In this document: in pieces, positions 19,873 through 29,397 of the stretch
Position numbering within the stretch: the stretch's first letter is position 1
Layout: the number at the start of each line of letters is the position of its first letter
NCBI GenBank assembly: GCA_017442305.1
Contig: JAFRZY010000014.1
Coordinates: 1-59,115 of the forward strand
Reading direction: 5' to 3'
DNA from: Bacilli bacterium
GTDB taxonomy: Bacteria; Bacillota_I; Bacilli_A; RF39; UBA660
DNA length: 59,115 nt
Made by a program: the position numbers and the translations under genes
The notes under the pieces: model-generated
What the model was told of the DNA's origin: nothing
Database searches by the model: none
Seen by the model: only the letters and a program-made list of their open reading frames with translations

Positions 19873-20502
19873 ATGAAAAAAAGAAAACTAAGAGGTTATG
19901 TATTGCCAACATTATATTTGATTATAATTGCCGCTGTATTTGTTGGAGTTAATGTATTTGGCAAATCACTAAAGACAATTTCATATGATAGCTATGATTT
20001 TGTTATGAGTGCATTTAAAAACAACGTGGTTTCAGTAGTGAAAGACGAAGACGATACCATTATAAAACCGTTTGCAAGTGATAAAGTAGAAGTAGCAAAA
20101 GGATATTATGATATAAGTGCAGATGATAAACAGCAACAAAACGCTTTAATTTATTATGAAAAAACTTATATGGAAAATACAGGAATACTTTATAAAGCAC
20201 AAGAAAAATTTGATGCACTAGCAACAATGGACGGAACTATAAAAGATATAAAAGAAGATGAAATACTAGGAATAGTAGTTGAAGTTCAAAATTCAAGCAA
20301 AGTAACAACTATATACTATAGTTTGAGTGAACTTAATGTTGCTATAGGAGATAGCGTAAAAAAAGGAGATGTAATAGGTATAAGTGGAACTAATAAATTA
20401 GAATCTCAAGAATCCAATGTAATGTTATTTGAAGTATATGTTGATGGAAACGTAGTCAATCCAGAAGATTACTATAATATGAAAATTAGTGAATTAAAGT
20501 AA
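19873..20502 (+). CDS. spoIIQ: SpoIIQ-like membrane protein with a degenerate LytM (M23) domain
   Basis: N-terminal TM plus a C-terminal LytM fold (GDVIGISG...VNPEDY) that lacks the His zinc ligands. It sits between spoIID and spoIIID. Confidence 0.6.
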   Translation: MKKRKLRGYVLPTLYLIIIAAVFVGVNVFGKSLKTISYDSYDFVMSAFKNNVVSVVKDEDDTIIKPFASDKVEVAKGYYDISADDKQQQNALIYYEKTYMENTGILYKAQEKFDALATMDGTIKDIKEDEILGIVVEVQNSSKVTTIYYSLSELNVAIGDSVKKGDVIGISGTNKLESQESNVMLFEVYVDGNVVNPEDYYNMKISELK

Positions 20503-20510
20503 ATCATAAA

Positions 20511-20549
20511 AACAACCCTTAATAATATATTATATTAAGGGGTTGTTTT
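20511..20549 (+). terminator. Long hairpin/terminator between spoIIQ-like gene and spoIIID
   Basis: AACAACCCTTAATA / TATTAAGGGGTTGTT stem with one bulge, ending in T residues. Confidence 0.6.
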
Positions 20550-20551
20550 AA

Positions 20552-20800
20552 ATGAATAATTTAAATGAAAGAGTTTTAAAAGAAACTAATTATATATTAA
20601 AAACAAATAAAACCGTAAGAGAAGTAGCCAGCGAGTTTAATGTAAGTAAAAGCACAGTTCATAAAGATTTACAAGAAAGGCTGCCCAAAATTAACCAAGA
20701 GTTGTTTAGCAAAGTTCAAGATTTAATGCAACAACATATTGAAGAAAGGCATTTAAGAGGTGGAGAATCTACAAAAAATAAATATAAAAAATTAAAATGA
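20552..20800 (+). CDS. spoIIID: Stage III sporulation protein D (HTH regulator)
   Basis: 82 aa with VREVASEFNVSKSTVHKDL. Confidence 0.9.
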   Translation: MNNLNERVLKETNYILKTNKTVREVASEFNVSKSTVHKDLQERLPKINQELFSKVQDLMQQHIEERHLRGGESTKNKYKKLK

Positions 20801-20810
20801 TGGTGATAAA

Positions 20811-21425
20811 ATGCAACCCAAAACCATTGTACTGCATATATGGGACGATGAGCTCATAATTTGGTATAAAGAAAAAACATATATCGAAAAACTATCAAAT
20901 CGTGTAATAAGCTATGGTAAAATTTTTAATCCTTCAGAATTTATAAAATATTTTGAAAAAATAATAAAAAAATATGGTTTAAATAAAGGGATTTTTAATT
21001 ATAACGTAACGGTTGTTACCGAACCAATAACTCTTCCATCCGAAAAAGAAATAATAAAGATGTGTTTAGAAAAATTAGCGTTTAATAAGATTAATTATAT
21101 TAACATAGCAGATTTATATAATTTAAATTACAATAAGGTATACTTAAAAATAAGTAATAATTATATATATTTAACTAAAAAAATTTTTAAGGGAAAAAAG
21201 GAAAGTATTTACATTGATCAAAAGCTATTTAAAAATAATATTAACTTATTTGCTAATCATTTATCCGTGTTACTAAAAAATAAAAAAATAATTATTATTG
21301 GGAATGTTGATAACCTAGAAAGTTATTCACAACTGATTGAACGCAATTCTAATAACCAAACTTATTATGTAGATAATTCTTATAATTATATTATTAATAA
21401 CTTAATAAATACATTAAAAAAATAA
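20811..21425 (+). CDS. Hypothetical protein
   Basis: A 204-aa ORF with coding-like composition and no motif that I recognise. Confidence 0.5.
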   Translation: MQPKTIVLHIWDDELIIWYKEKTYIEKLSNRVISYGKIFNPSEFIKYFEKIIKKYGLNKGIFNYNVTVVTEPITLPSEKEIIKMCLEKLAFNKINYINIADLYNLNYNKVYLKISNNYIYLTKKIFKGKKESIYIDQKLFKNNINLFANHLSVLLKNKKIIIIGNVDNLESYSQLIERNSNNQTYYVDNSYNYIINNLINTLKK

Positions 21426-21502
21426 TGTATTTTTTTGCTATTCAAAATATTTTATGATATAATTGCTACTAGTAAACATAGATAAGGATAAGAGTGAACT
21501 AT

Positions 21503-22213
21503 ATGATAAAGTTTATAGTAATAGAAGATGATAAGCATCATCAGGAAAAAGTAAAAAATTTATTAAGAACGGTTACTTTTGAAAGCGATGAAGAAATTAA
21601 AATATTAGTGTACCAGAAGTTCACCTCTAAATTACGCGAAGAAATTTTAGACAAAAGTGATAGAAAGATTTTTGTTATAGATATTGAATTAGAAGGCAAT
21701 TATTCGGGAGTTCAAATTGCTAAGTTAATAAGAGAAAATGATTGGGAAAGCGAAATAATCTTTATGACTAATCATGACAAGATGTTTGAAACCGTTTATA
21801 GAAATGTATATAAAGTATTTGATTTTATTGAAAAGTTTCATTCCTTTGATTCTAGACTAGAAAAAGATATTAAGGAAATTTTAAAAATGAATTTTGATAA
21901 CAAAATGTTTATATACCACGGTCGTAATATAGATCTACATGTATTCTATAAAGAAATCCTCTATATTTATAGAGATACAGAAGATAGAAAAGTAGTGATT
22001 GTAACAACCAAAAACAAATTTTCTGTTGGTTTAAGTATTCAAGATACTTTGGACCAATTAGATAATAGATTTAAATTAGTGCATCGAGCATGTATAGCAA
22101 ATTTAGATCATGTTCAAAAATTTAATTGGAAAGATAAATGCTTTGTGTTAGATAACGGAACAAAAGTAGATATGTTATCTAAAAAATATAAGAAAGAGGT
22201 TGAAGTAAAATGA
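21503..22213 (+). CDS. LytTR-family response regulator (AgrA-like)
   Basis: Receiver domain (IVIEDD...FVIDIEL) plus a C-terminal LytTR-type domain. Coupled to the kinase gene by an ATGA overlap. Confidence 0.8.
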   Translation: MIKFIVIEDDKHHQEKVKNLLRTVTFESDEEIKILVYQKFTSKLREEILDKSDRKIFVIDIELEGNYSGVQIAKLIRENDWESEIIFMTNHDKMFETVYRNVYKVFDFIEKFHSFDSRLEKDIKEILKMNFDNKMFIYHGRNIDLHVFYKEILYIYRDTEDRKVVIVTTKNKFSVGLSIQDTLDQLDNRFKLVHRACIANLDHVQKFNWKDKCFVLDNGTKVDMLSKKYKKEVEVK

Positions 22214-23481
22214 TAGATTATATATCTTTTTTTGTAGTAGCATTTTTAACAATACTTGTAATAATGAACTGCTTTAAAAATATTACCAAAGAAGAAACAA
22301 AGTTTAGTTTTAAACTGTTAGTAGTATTAGTTTTGGGCTCGTTTATTACAACTCTATTACTTTATTTTAACAATTTCTTTTTAAAAAATATTTTTACATT
22401 ATCGTTTTTTGTTTTGGTTTTTAGATTAAATTCAAAGAAAACAATTAAGGAACTATTTTACTATGCTGCTTTAATATGGTTATATGGCTTGTTTTTAGAT
22501 TTTTTGGTAATGATAATAATATCGATTTCCGGAGTCGCAAATCTTTTAAATAATGTAAATATTATATACATAAAAACAGCATCTAGTTTACTAATGTTAC
22601 TTTTGATATATTTATTTTGTTCAATTAAGTATATTAAAAATTTTACTAATAAAACAGTGTTAAAATTAATAAAAATAAAATCATCACACATTATAGAATT
22701 CGGGTTTGTAATAGCATTAATAATATTGAGTGTTTTATGTGCTGCAAATATAAATAAATTATCTGTAATGACTTTGTATAGCTTTATAGCATCATTAATT
22801 ATTTTTCTTATATTTCAAATAATTATAAAAAAATATAACATAAAGAAACTATCAGATTTAAATAAAATTTTAGTTAAAAATAATGAGTTTTTTATTAAAT
22901 TAGATACCGATTATAGAATTTTAAAACACAATTTGACAAGTCAGCTATTAGGTATTAAATCTGTTGCTGATGTTAAAACAAAAAGTCTAATTGATGAATT
23001 AATCGAAAGTTATAATTCAAAATTTGTAGCATCTCAGGATATTAATAAAATACCAGAAGGGATCAACGGTATTGTTTACGAGAAAGTTTATTCCTATAAT
23101 AATCCTAATATAAAATTAGCTGTTGAAAATAATATGAAGAGTAATCTTTTAGAAACGTTAAGACCAAGGGTATTTAATAATATGTGTGAAACGCTTGGCG
23201 TGCTAGTGGATAATGCTTTAGAAGCCGCTTCTAAAAGTCATGAAAAGTCAATTCTTATAGATTTTAGTGAAGAGAAAGAATATATACACATTAATATAAG
23301 TAATACTTTTGATGATATAATTGACATAGATAAATTAGGTGAAAAGGATTATTCAACAAAAGGTAATTTAAGAGGAATAGGTTTGTTTTCTTTATTTCGA
23401 AAAAATGATGTTAAATTAAAGAATAAAATAATAAATAACTTATTTATAGTAGAAATAAAAGTGAAAAAATCAATATTATAA
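22210..23481 (+). CDS. AgrC-like (HPK10) membrane sensor histidine kinase
   Basis: About 6 N-terminal TM helices, an H-box (LKHNLTSQL), and GHKL N/G boxes (VDNALEAA, GIGLFS). Confidence 0.8.
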   Translation: MIDYISFFVVAFLTILVIMNCFKNITKEETKFSFKLLVVLVLGSFITTLLLYFNNFFLKNIFTLSFFVLVFRLNSKKTIKELFYYAALIWLYGLFLDFLVMIIISISGVANLLNNVNIIYIKTASSLLMLLLIYLFCSIKYIKNFTNKTVLKLIKIKSSHIIEFGFVIALIILSVLCAANINKLSVMTLYSFIASLIIFLIFQIIIKKYNIKKLSDLNKILVKNNEFFIKLDTDYRILKHNLTSQLLGIKSVADVKTKSLIDELIESYNSKFVASQDINKIPEGINGIVYEKVYSYNNPNIKLAVENNMKSNLLETLRPRVFNNMCETLGVLVDNALEAASKSHEKSILIDFSEEKEYIHINISNTFDDIIDIDKLGEKDYSTKGNLRGIGLFSLFRKNDVKLKNKIINNLFIVEIKVKKSIL

Positions 23482-23486
23482 ACGAA

Positions 23487-23518
23487 AAGAAAAAAAGCAA
23501 AAATTATTTGCTTTTTTG
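23487..23518. terminator. Bidirectional terminator between the kinase gene and agrD
   Basis: AAGCAAA / TTTGCTT stem with a 5-nt loop, an A-run on the left and a T-run on the right. Confidence 0.75.
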
Positions 23519-23522
23519 TTTG

Positions 23523-23639
23523 TTATAATAATTCTTGAGGACATTCAGGTTCATCCCAAGTCCACCAAGAACATTCAGTAGATCCTGGAGCAGCAGCAAT
23601 AGTCGCTATTTCTGCAACAACATCAGCTAATACGTTCAT
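23523..23639 (-). CDS. agrD: AgrD-like autoinducing peptide precursor (38 aa, not in the ORF track)
   Basis: Translates to MNVLADVVAEIATIAAAPGSTECSWWTWDEPECPQELL. AAGGAGGT RBS. Amphipathic leader, a Cys-plus-4 ring candidate (CSWWT), then the acidic E-P...P-x-E-L recognition tail typical of AgrD. It lies directly 3' of agrB. Confidence 0.8.
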   Translation of the reverse strand: MNVLADVVAEIATIAAAPGSTECSWWTWDEPECPQELL

Positions 23640-23684
23640 AATTTACCTCCTTTACTAATATTTGTTTAAATCTATTATAAACAT

Positions 23685-24287
23685 TTAAACCTTGTTTGGA
23701 TAATATTGATAATTATTAAACCGAGTTCTAGTTAATTTATAAATTAATGGATTAATCATAACCGCTTGAACAATTAAAGATATAATAATTGCATTATTAA
23801 GTGTTGAATTATTAGAAAAAATCAAAATTATTAAATATATAAAACATATAATACAAGTTTTAAGTTTTTGAACTTTTCTTTGTTTTTTTCTTATTAAAGG
23901 CCTTTTTGGTGTATCGGCAGGTGCCCAAAGTACAAAACTAATAAATGCAAAAAGCCAAACAACATAAGGTATATAGTGATTAAAAATACAATATTTAATA
24001 ATTAATGAACCTCCAACATAAATAGGAAGTGTTGTTAGCCAGCAAGCTAGAGAAGAAGTTGCGTGAAGTCCAAAACTATATTTTCTAATTAGTAAGTAAA
24101 ATACAAGCAATAGTAAATATTCAATTAAGGTATTGCAAATTATCACTATTATAAAAATTACTATAAATTTTGTTACCGATAAATATAAACCTTCTAATCC
24201 GTAACGAATTGTTTTTATTTTCAATTCATCACAGTCTTTATTTTTTGTAATAAAATTTGTTAATCCGTTGACAAATTTTTCTTTCAT
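23685..24287 (-). CDS. agrB: Accessory gene regulator B (AgrD-processing membrane peptidase)
   Basis: RKYSFGLHATSSLAC and APADTPKRPL motifs. Multi-TM protein of 200 aa. Confidence 0.85.
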   Translation of the reverse strand: MKEKFVNGLTNFITKNKDCDELKIKTIRYGLEGLYLSVTKFIVIFIIVIICNTLIEYLLLLVFYLLIRKYSFGLHATSSLACWLTTLPIYVGGSLIIKYCIFNHYIPYVVWLFAFISFVLWAPADTPKRPLIRKKQRKVQKLKTCIICFIYLIILIFSNNSTLNNAIIISLIVQAVMINPLIYKLTRTRFNNYQYYPNKV

Positions 24288-24420
24288 TGCAACTCACTTC
24301 CCTTGCATATGATATGAGTATATCTGAAAAAAATTTGAAATTATTTGAATTTGTATAAAGAAATTAAATAAATGTTTAAATCAAAAAAAATAAAGATTCA
24401 ATCACTACAAAAGTCTTTTT

Positions 24421-24455
24421 AGACATAAAAGTGAGTATTTCAGACAACTTAAGTG
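24421..24455. promoter_or_regulatory. Candidate LytTR-type binding site (imperfect direct repeats phased 21 bp apart)
   Basis: AGACATAAAAGTG (24421-33) and AGACAACTTAAGTG (24442-55) in the agrB-csp intergenic region. Confidence 0.35.
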
Positions 24456-24597
24456 CGCATTTCATTCAAATTTGATATTCTTGGATAGTTCTGACTAGAA
24501 AATAGATGCAAATTTTGTCGAATGCTTTTATTTGAATACGAGGGACATAGTGTGGTAATTTGTAGTTGTAAATGCATTTAGAAGGCGAGGTGGAATT

Positions 24598-24810
24598 ATG
24601 CGTGGTAGAGTTAAATGGTTTAACAATGAAAAAGGTTATGGATTTATTGAATATGACAACCTAGAAGATATCTTTGTACATTACTCAGCTATAATCAAAG
24701 AAGGTTACAAAACTTTGAAAGAAGGAGCTATTGTAAATTTTAAACTAATTGAAACATCTAAAGGATTGCAAGCAGTTGATGTAATTGAAGAAGTACTAAC
24801 TACTATTTAG
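24598..24810 (+). CDS. Cold-shock protein (CspA family)
   Basis: RNP1/RNP2 motifs KGYGFI and VFVHYSAI. 70 aa, with a long structured 5' leader. Confidence 0.92.
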   Translation: MRGRVKWFNNEKGYGFIEYDNLEDIFVHYSAIIKEGYKTLKEGAIVNFKLIETSKGLQAVDVIEEVLTTI

Positions 24811-24863
24811 TAGTTTTTTTGTTTTTTATCTGATATAATATAATTGGAAGGTGATATAAGAAT

Positions 24864-25397
24864 ATGCAATTAAATATTAGAGGAGAAAAAGTCGTAGTAA
24901 CTTCTGCAATTAAGGACTATGTGGAAGAGAAAATGAGTAAGATGGATCGCTATTTTGAAAATCCAGAAGATATAAAATGCTCTGTCCTAGTCAAAGTTAA
25001 AAACAATGAACAAAAGATAGAAGTTACGGTACCTACATCAAAGTTCACTTTAAGAGCCGAAGAAGCTCACGCAGATTTATATGCAGCTATTGATTTAGTA
25101 ATTGACAAATTAGAAAGACAAATTAGAAAAAATAAAACTCGCTTAAATAACAAGTACAAAAACACACCTGCATTTGAAATGAATTTTGCTTTTGAATCAG
25201 AAGAAGACGAGGAGACTCCAAGCAAGATTGTAAAAAGAAAAAATGTGGAAATGAAACCAATGGATGAAGAAGAAGCTTGCTTACAAATGGAGCTTATTAA
25301 TCACGATTTCTTTGTATTTAAAAATATTGAAGAAGAATGTGTTTCTGTTATATATAAAAGAAAAGATGGAAGCATTGGAATAATTAATGTTAAATAA
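24864..25397 (+). CDS. hpf: Ribosome hibernation promoting factor (long form)
   Basis: MQLNIRGEKVVVTSAIKDYVEEK start, 177 aa with a C-terminal dimerisation domain. Confidence 0.9.
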   Translation: MQLNIRGEKVVVTSAIKDYVEEKMSKMDRYFENPEDIKCSVLVKVKNNEQKIEVTVPTSKFTLRAEEAHADLYAAIDLVIDKLERQIRKNKTRLNNKYKNTPAFEMNFAFESEEDEETPSKIVKRKNVEMKPMDEEEACLQMELINHDFFVFKNIEEECVSVIYKRKDGSIGIINVK

Positions 25398-25449
25398 GGA
25401 GTGAAAACTCCTTTTTTATTTGATATAATAATTAAATGGAGGTAATCAT

Positions 25450-27936
25450 ATGAATTTTTTGCGTAAACTCATAGATACAGAATATAAAGAATTAAAAAGG
25501 TTTGAAAAACTAGCAGATCAAATAATAGCCTTAGAAAGCGATATGGCTAAATTATCTGATAGCGAATTAAAAAATAAAACTGAAGAATTTAAACAAATGT
25601 TAGAAAGCGGAGCGAATCTTGATGAAATCGTAGTTCCTGCTTTTGCAGTAGCGCGTGAAGCAGCATCCCGTTTTATTGGGGAAAAACCGTTTTATGTCCA
25701 AATCATTGGAGGTTTAGCAATCCACTATGGTAATATAGCCGAAATGAAAACTGGTGAAGGAAAAACTTTAACTGCTATTATGCCAACATATTTAAATGCT
25801 TTAACTGGTAAAGGAGTTCATATTGTTACAGTTAACGAATATCTTGCTAAAGTTGGTTCGGAATATTTATCTAAAGTCTATGATGGTTTAGGACTTACTG
25901 TAGGACTTAATTTGCGTGAATTAAGCCCGGCAGAGAAAAAAGATGTATATAACTGTGATGTTTTATATTCTACAAATAACGAAATTGGTTTTGACTATTT
26001 AAGAGATAATATGGTTGCAAGAGCTGAAGATAGAGTACAAAGACCTCTTAATTTTTGTATTGTCGATGAAGTTGATTCAATCTTAATAGATGAAGCTCGT
26101 ACACCGTTAATTATATCTGGTGGTCAAATGAATTCGGCTAATCTTTATATTGATGCTGATAGAGCTGTTAAAAGATTAAAAGTAGATGTTGACTATACTA
26201 TTGATGAAAAAACAAAAAATGTTTCTTTAACAGAAGAAGGAAGTAAAAAGGTAGAAAAGCATTTTAATTTGCCAAATCTTTATGATCTAAATAATACAGC
26301 TTTAGTCCATAATTTAAATCAAGCTTTAAAAGCAAATTACGGATTTAAGAAAAATATAGATTATGTAGTAGAAGATGATGCGGTTATAATTGTTGACCAA
26401 TTTACTGGTCGTTTAATGCACGGACGACAATTTAGTGATGGTTTACATCAAGCTATTGAAGCTAAAGAAGGCGTTACGATTAATAGTGAAACAAAAACAA
26501 TGGCTACTATTACATTCCAAAATTTATTTAGAATGTATAATAAGTTATCTGGTATGACAGGTACTGCTAAAACTGAAGAAGAAGAATTCAGAGCAATTTA
26601 TAACATGTATGTTATTCAAATCCCTACTAACAAACCTGTAATACGTGAAGATTTAGCGGATTTAGTATATTCAAATATTAAAGGTAAATATAAAGCTATT
26701 ATCAAAACAGTAAAACAAATTCACGAAACTGGGCAACCAATTCTTATTGGTACTATATCAGTTGAGGCCAATGAATATTTAAGTTCTTTACTAAAAAAAG
26801 CTGGTTTGAAACATGAGGTTTTAAATGCTAAAAACCACGAAAGAGAAGCTGAAATCATTGCTCATGCTGGTGAAAAAGGAGCAATAACTTTAGCTACTAA
26901 TATGGCCGGACGTGGAACCGATATTAAACTTGGCGAAGGAGTAAGAGAGTTAGGAGGACTTTGCGTAATTGGTACGGAAAGACATGAATCTCGTCGTATT
27001 GATAACCAACTTCGTGGCCGTGCAGGCCGTCAAGGAGATCCGGGTATGAGTCAATTCTTTGTATCATTTGAAGACGATTTAATGCGTCGTTTTGGTACAG
27101 ACAGAATAAAAATGATGTTAGAAAATTTGGGGATTACAGATGATCAATCAATTCGTTCTAAATCTTTAACAAAAAGTATTGAAACTGCTCAAAAAAAGGT
27201 TGAAGGAAATAACTATGATATTCGTAAAAGTCTATTAGATTACGATAATGTAATGAATGAACAACGTGAAATCATTTATGCACGTCGTAACGAGATATTA
27301 GATGAAGAAAATATTCATGAACGAATTTTAGAATCTTTTAGAAATACAATTATTAATTTGGTAGAAAGTCATATAGAACCGGAAGGATATATTACAGAAG
27401 ATGATAAGTCTGAAATAATAGAATATATGAATACAAATTTCATGAAAAATAAACAAATAAAAATGGATAGTGTTATTAATTTAAAAGATCAAGAACTAGT
27501 TGATTATTTAACTGATTTAGTAATTAAAGATTATGATAAAAAAATGGAAGACAATCCAAATATTAATGAGTTTGAAAAAGCAATTACTTTAAGAGTAATT
27601 GATTCCAATTGGGTAGATCACATGAGCGCTATGGAACATTTAAAAGAAGGAATCGGACTTCGTGGATATGGTCAAGTAAATCCAATTCAAGCTTATACAA
27701 TGGAAGGGTTTAATTTGTTTGACGAATTACTAAATAAAATAGATAGTACTGTTGCTTTATTTCTTTTAAAAGCCGAAGTTAAACATAATATAGTACGTAA
27801 GCAGACCTTAGAAGGAAAAGCCAATGATGGAAAAGAAAAAGTGAAATCTACACCCAAAAGATCTAATAAGATAAATAGAAATGAACCTTGTCCATGTGGG
27901 AGTGGTCGCAAGTTCAAGCAATGTTGTGGTAAATAA
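25450..27936 (+). CDS. secA: Preprotein translocase ATPase SecA
   Basis: Walker A MKTGEGKT, DEAD-like DEVDS, and a C-terminal zinc finger CPCGSGRKFKQCCG. Confidence 0.97.
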   Translation: MNFLRKLIDTEYKELKRFEKLADQIIALESDMAKLSDSELKNKTEEFKQMLESGANLDEIVVPAFAVAREAASRFIGEKPFYVQIIGGLAIHYGNIAEMKTGEGKTLTAIMPTYLNALTGKGVHIVTVNEYLAKVGSEYLSKVYDGLGLTVGLNLRELSPAEKKDVYNCDVLYSTNNEIGFDYLRDNMVARAEDRVQRPLNFCIVDEVDSILIDEARTPLIISGGQMNSANLYIDADRAVKRLKVDVDYTIDEKTKNVSLTEEGSKKVEKHFNLPNLYDLNNTALVHNLNQALKANYGFKKNIDYVVEDDAVIIVDQFTGRLMHGRQFSDGLHQAIEAKEGVTINSETKTMATITFQNLFRMYNKLSGMTGTAKTEEEEFRAIYNMYVIQIPTNKPVIREDLADLVYSNIKGKYKAIIKTVKQIHETGQPILIGTISVEANEYLSSLLKKAGLKHEVLNAKNHEREAEIIAHAGEKGAITLATNMAGRGTDIKLGEGVRELGGLCVIGTERHESRRIDNQLRGRAGRQGDPGMSQFFVSFEDDLMRRFGTDRIKMMLENLGITDDQSIRSKSLTKSIETAQKKVEGNNYDIRKSLLDYDNVMNEQREIIYARRNEILDEENIHERILESFRNTIINLVESHIEPEGYITEDDKSEIIEYMNTNFMKNKQIKMDSVINLKDQELVDYLTDLVIKDYDKKMEDNPNINEFEKAITLRVIDSNWVDHMSAMEHLKEGIGLRGYGQVNPIQAYTMEGFNLFDELLNKIDSTVALFLLKAEVKHNIVRKQTLEGKANDGKEKVKSTPKRSNKINRNEPCPCGSGRKFKQCCGK

Positions 27937-27979
27937 ACTCGGAAACCCAAGTAAATAAAGGGAAAAACCGAGTTTTTTC
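27937..27979 (+). terminator. Intrinsic terminator after secA
   Basis: ACTCGG...CCGAGT outer stem with an inner CCC/GGG pairing, followed by TTTTTT. Confidence 0.7.
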
Positions 27980-28019
27980 TATTACATAAAAATGGTATTT
28001 TTTGCTCCAAAAATCGTTT

Positions 28020-28048
28020 TAGATAAGTTTTAGATAAGTTCCAGATAA
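28020..28048 (+). repeat. Phased direct repeats TAGATAAGTT x2 plus CAGATAA next to the integrase gene (candidate arm-type sites)
   Basis: Copies at 28020-29, 28031-40 and 28042-48, with ~11-bp periodicity. Confidence 0.4.
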
Positions 28049-28091
28049 TTTAAATACTTAAAATAAACAAGTAAACAATTAAAATAACAAC

Positions 28092-29222
28092 TTAGGCTTC
28101 AATTTTGTAGAACTCATTAAGCATATCATTAACATTTGAAAATGAATCTTGGAACATATGTGAGTAAGTATTAAGAGTCTCCGTAATACTAGCATGACCA
28201 AGATATTTGGAAACAACTGTTATCGGTATGCCTTTATTGATTAAGAAGGAAGCACATGAATGTCTAAAGTCATGAATTCGAATCTCCTTAATCTCAGCTT
28301 TGATAGCATTGGCTTTTTTTCTTCTCCTAGCCAGAGGATATGTTAAAGCTCGTAATCCAAAGTCTTCTCCAAAAACAAAAAAGTCTTCATTAAAATTTTT
28401 GAATTGTTTAACATAATTATAATATTCTAATAAATCATTATAGAATACATCTAATAAAGGCAATACTCGTTTACTAGATGCTGTTTTAAGACTACAGATA
28501 TAATAATCATTTGTATTACGATCAACATTTTGAACTTGCTTTGAAATAGACATTGTCTTCTTTTCAAAATTAATATCCTTCCATTGAAGTCCACGAGCTT
28601 CACCAATTCTAAGACCACAATGAAATAGTATCTTCCATAAACATCTATATCTAGGATCTTCTTCTACTGAAAGGAAAATCTCAAATTGAGCAGGAGAATA
28701 GATTTCTTGTTCTTTTTTTACTTCATCTGGATTTTTAAATTTTTCAATTAATTTTAAGAGTTGACTATAATTATAATTATAATATTTAATTCCAAAATTG
28801 ATTAGAGTACATAATACTTTTAAAACATCATTTTTAGAAACATCATTTAGATTAGTTTCTTTATTCATTCGTTTCTTCCAATCTTCAACATGTGTAATGT
28901 TAAAGCTAGAGCAGGGAATATTCCATAAAGATTTTAGGTGTTTTTCTTTATAAGTATAACCTTCCTTTGTTTTTCTTTTTACTTTATCATCTTGAAAAGC
29001 TAGAAACTTTAACCAGAGATCACCAAGAGTCATTTTCTCAGGTGCTTTATTATTTTGTTCAAGTCTATTTAAATGTTTTCTTTCTTCATCTTTTGCAATA
29101 GCTCGAGTCATAAACTTTTTACTTGTATATTTTACAATATTACATAAGCTATCAGTATATTGAATTTTGTAGAACCAACACTTACCATCTTTGGTAGGTG
29201 TGCTAGATTTATAAACAGGCAT
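28092..29222 (-). CDS. int: Tyrosine-type site-specific integrase
   Basis: Catalytic region GLRIGEARGL, HDFRHSCASF, LGHASITETLNTYSH. Start set at the ATG MPVYKSS; the track's upstream start is TTG. Confidence 0.9.
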   Translation of the reverse strand: MPVYKSSTPTKDGKCWFYKIQYTDSLCNIVKYTSKKFMTRAIAKDEERKHLNRLEQNNKAPEKMTLGDLWLKFLAFQDDKVKRKTKEGYTYKEKHLKSLWNIPCSSFNITHVEDWKKRMNKETNLNDVSKNDVLKVLCTLINFGIKYYNYNYSQLLKLIEKFKNPDEVKKEQEIYSPAQFEIFLSVEEDPRYRCLWKILFHCGLRIGEARGLQWKDINFEKKTMSISKQVQNVDRNTNDYYICSLKTASSKRVLPLLDVFYNDLLEYYNYVKQFKNFNEDFFVFGEDFGLRALTYPLARRRKKANAIKAEIKEIRIHDFRHSCASFLINKGIPITVVSKYLGHASITETLNTYSHMFQDSFSNVNDMLNEFYKIEA

Positions 29223-29365
29223 AAAAAATATCACTTTCCTTTCAAATTTATTCAAATAATTGTGTAAATTCCTAAAAAGTGATATAATAATAGTCGAAGA
29301 CCAAAAAAATATCCTTTTAGGAATGTTTTAAAGTTTCGTAGACTTTTTAAAAAGGTTTTCATTTC

Positions 29366-29397
29366 GGATTTGCTTTGCAGAGCAAGTCCTTTTTTTT
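29366..29397 (+). terminator. Plus-strand intrinsic terminator abutting the repressor stop codon
   Basis: GGATTTGCT / AGCAAGTCC 9-bp stem followed by T8. Confidence 0.6.
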
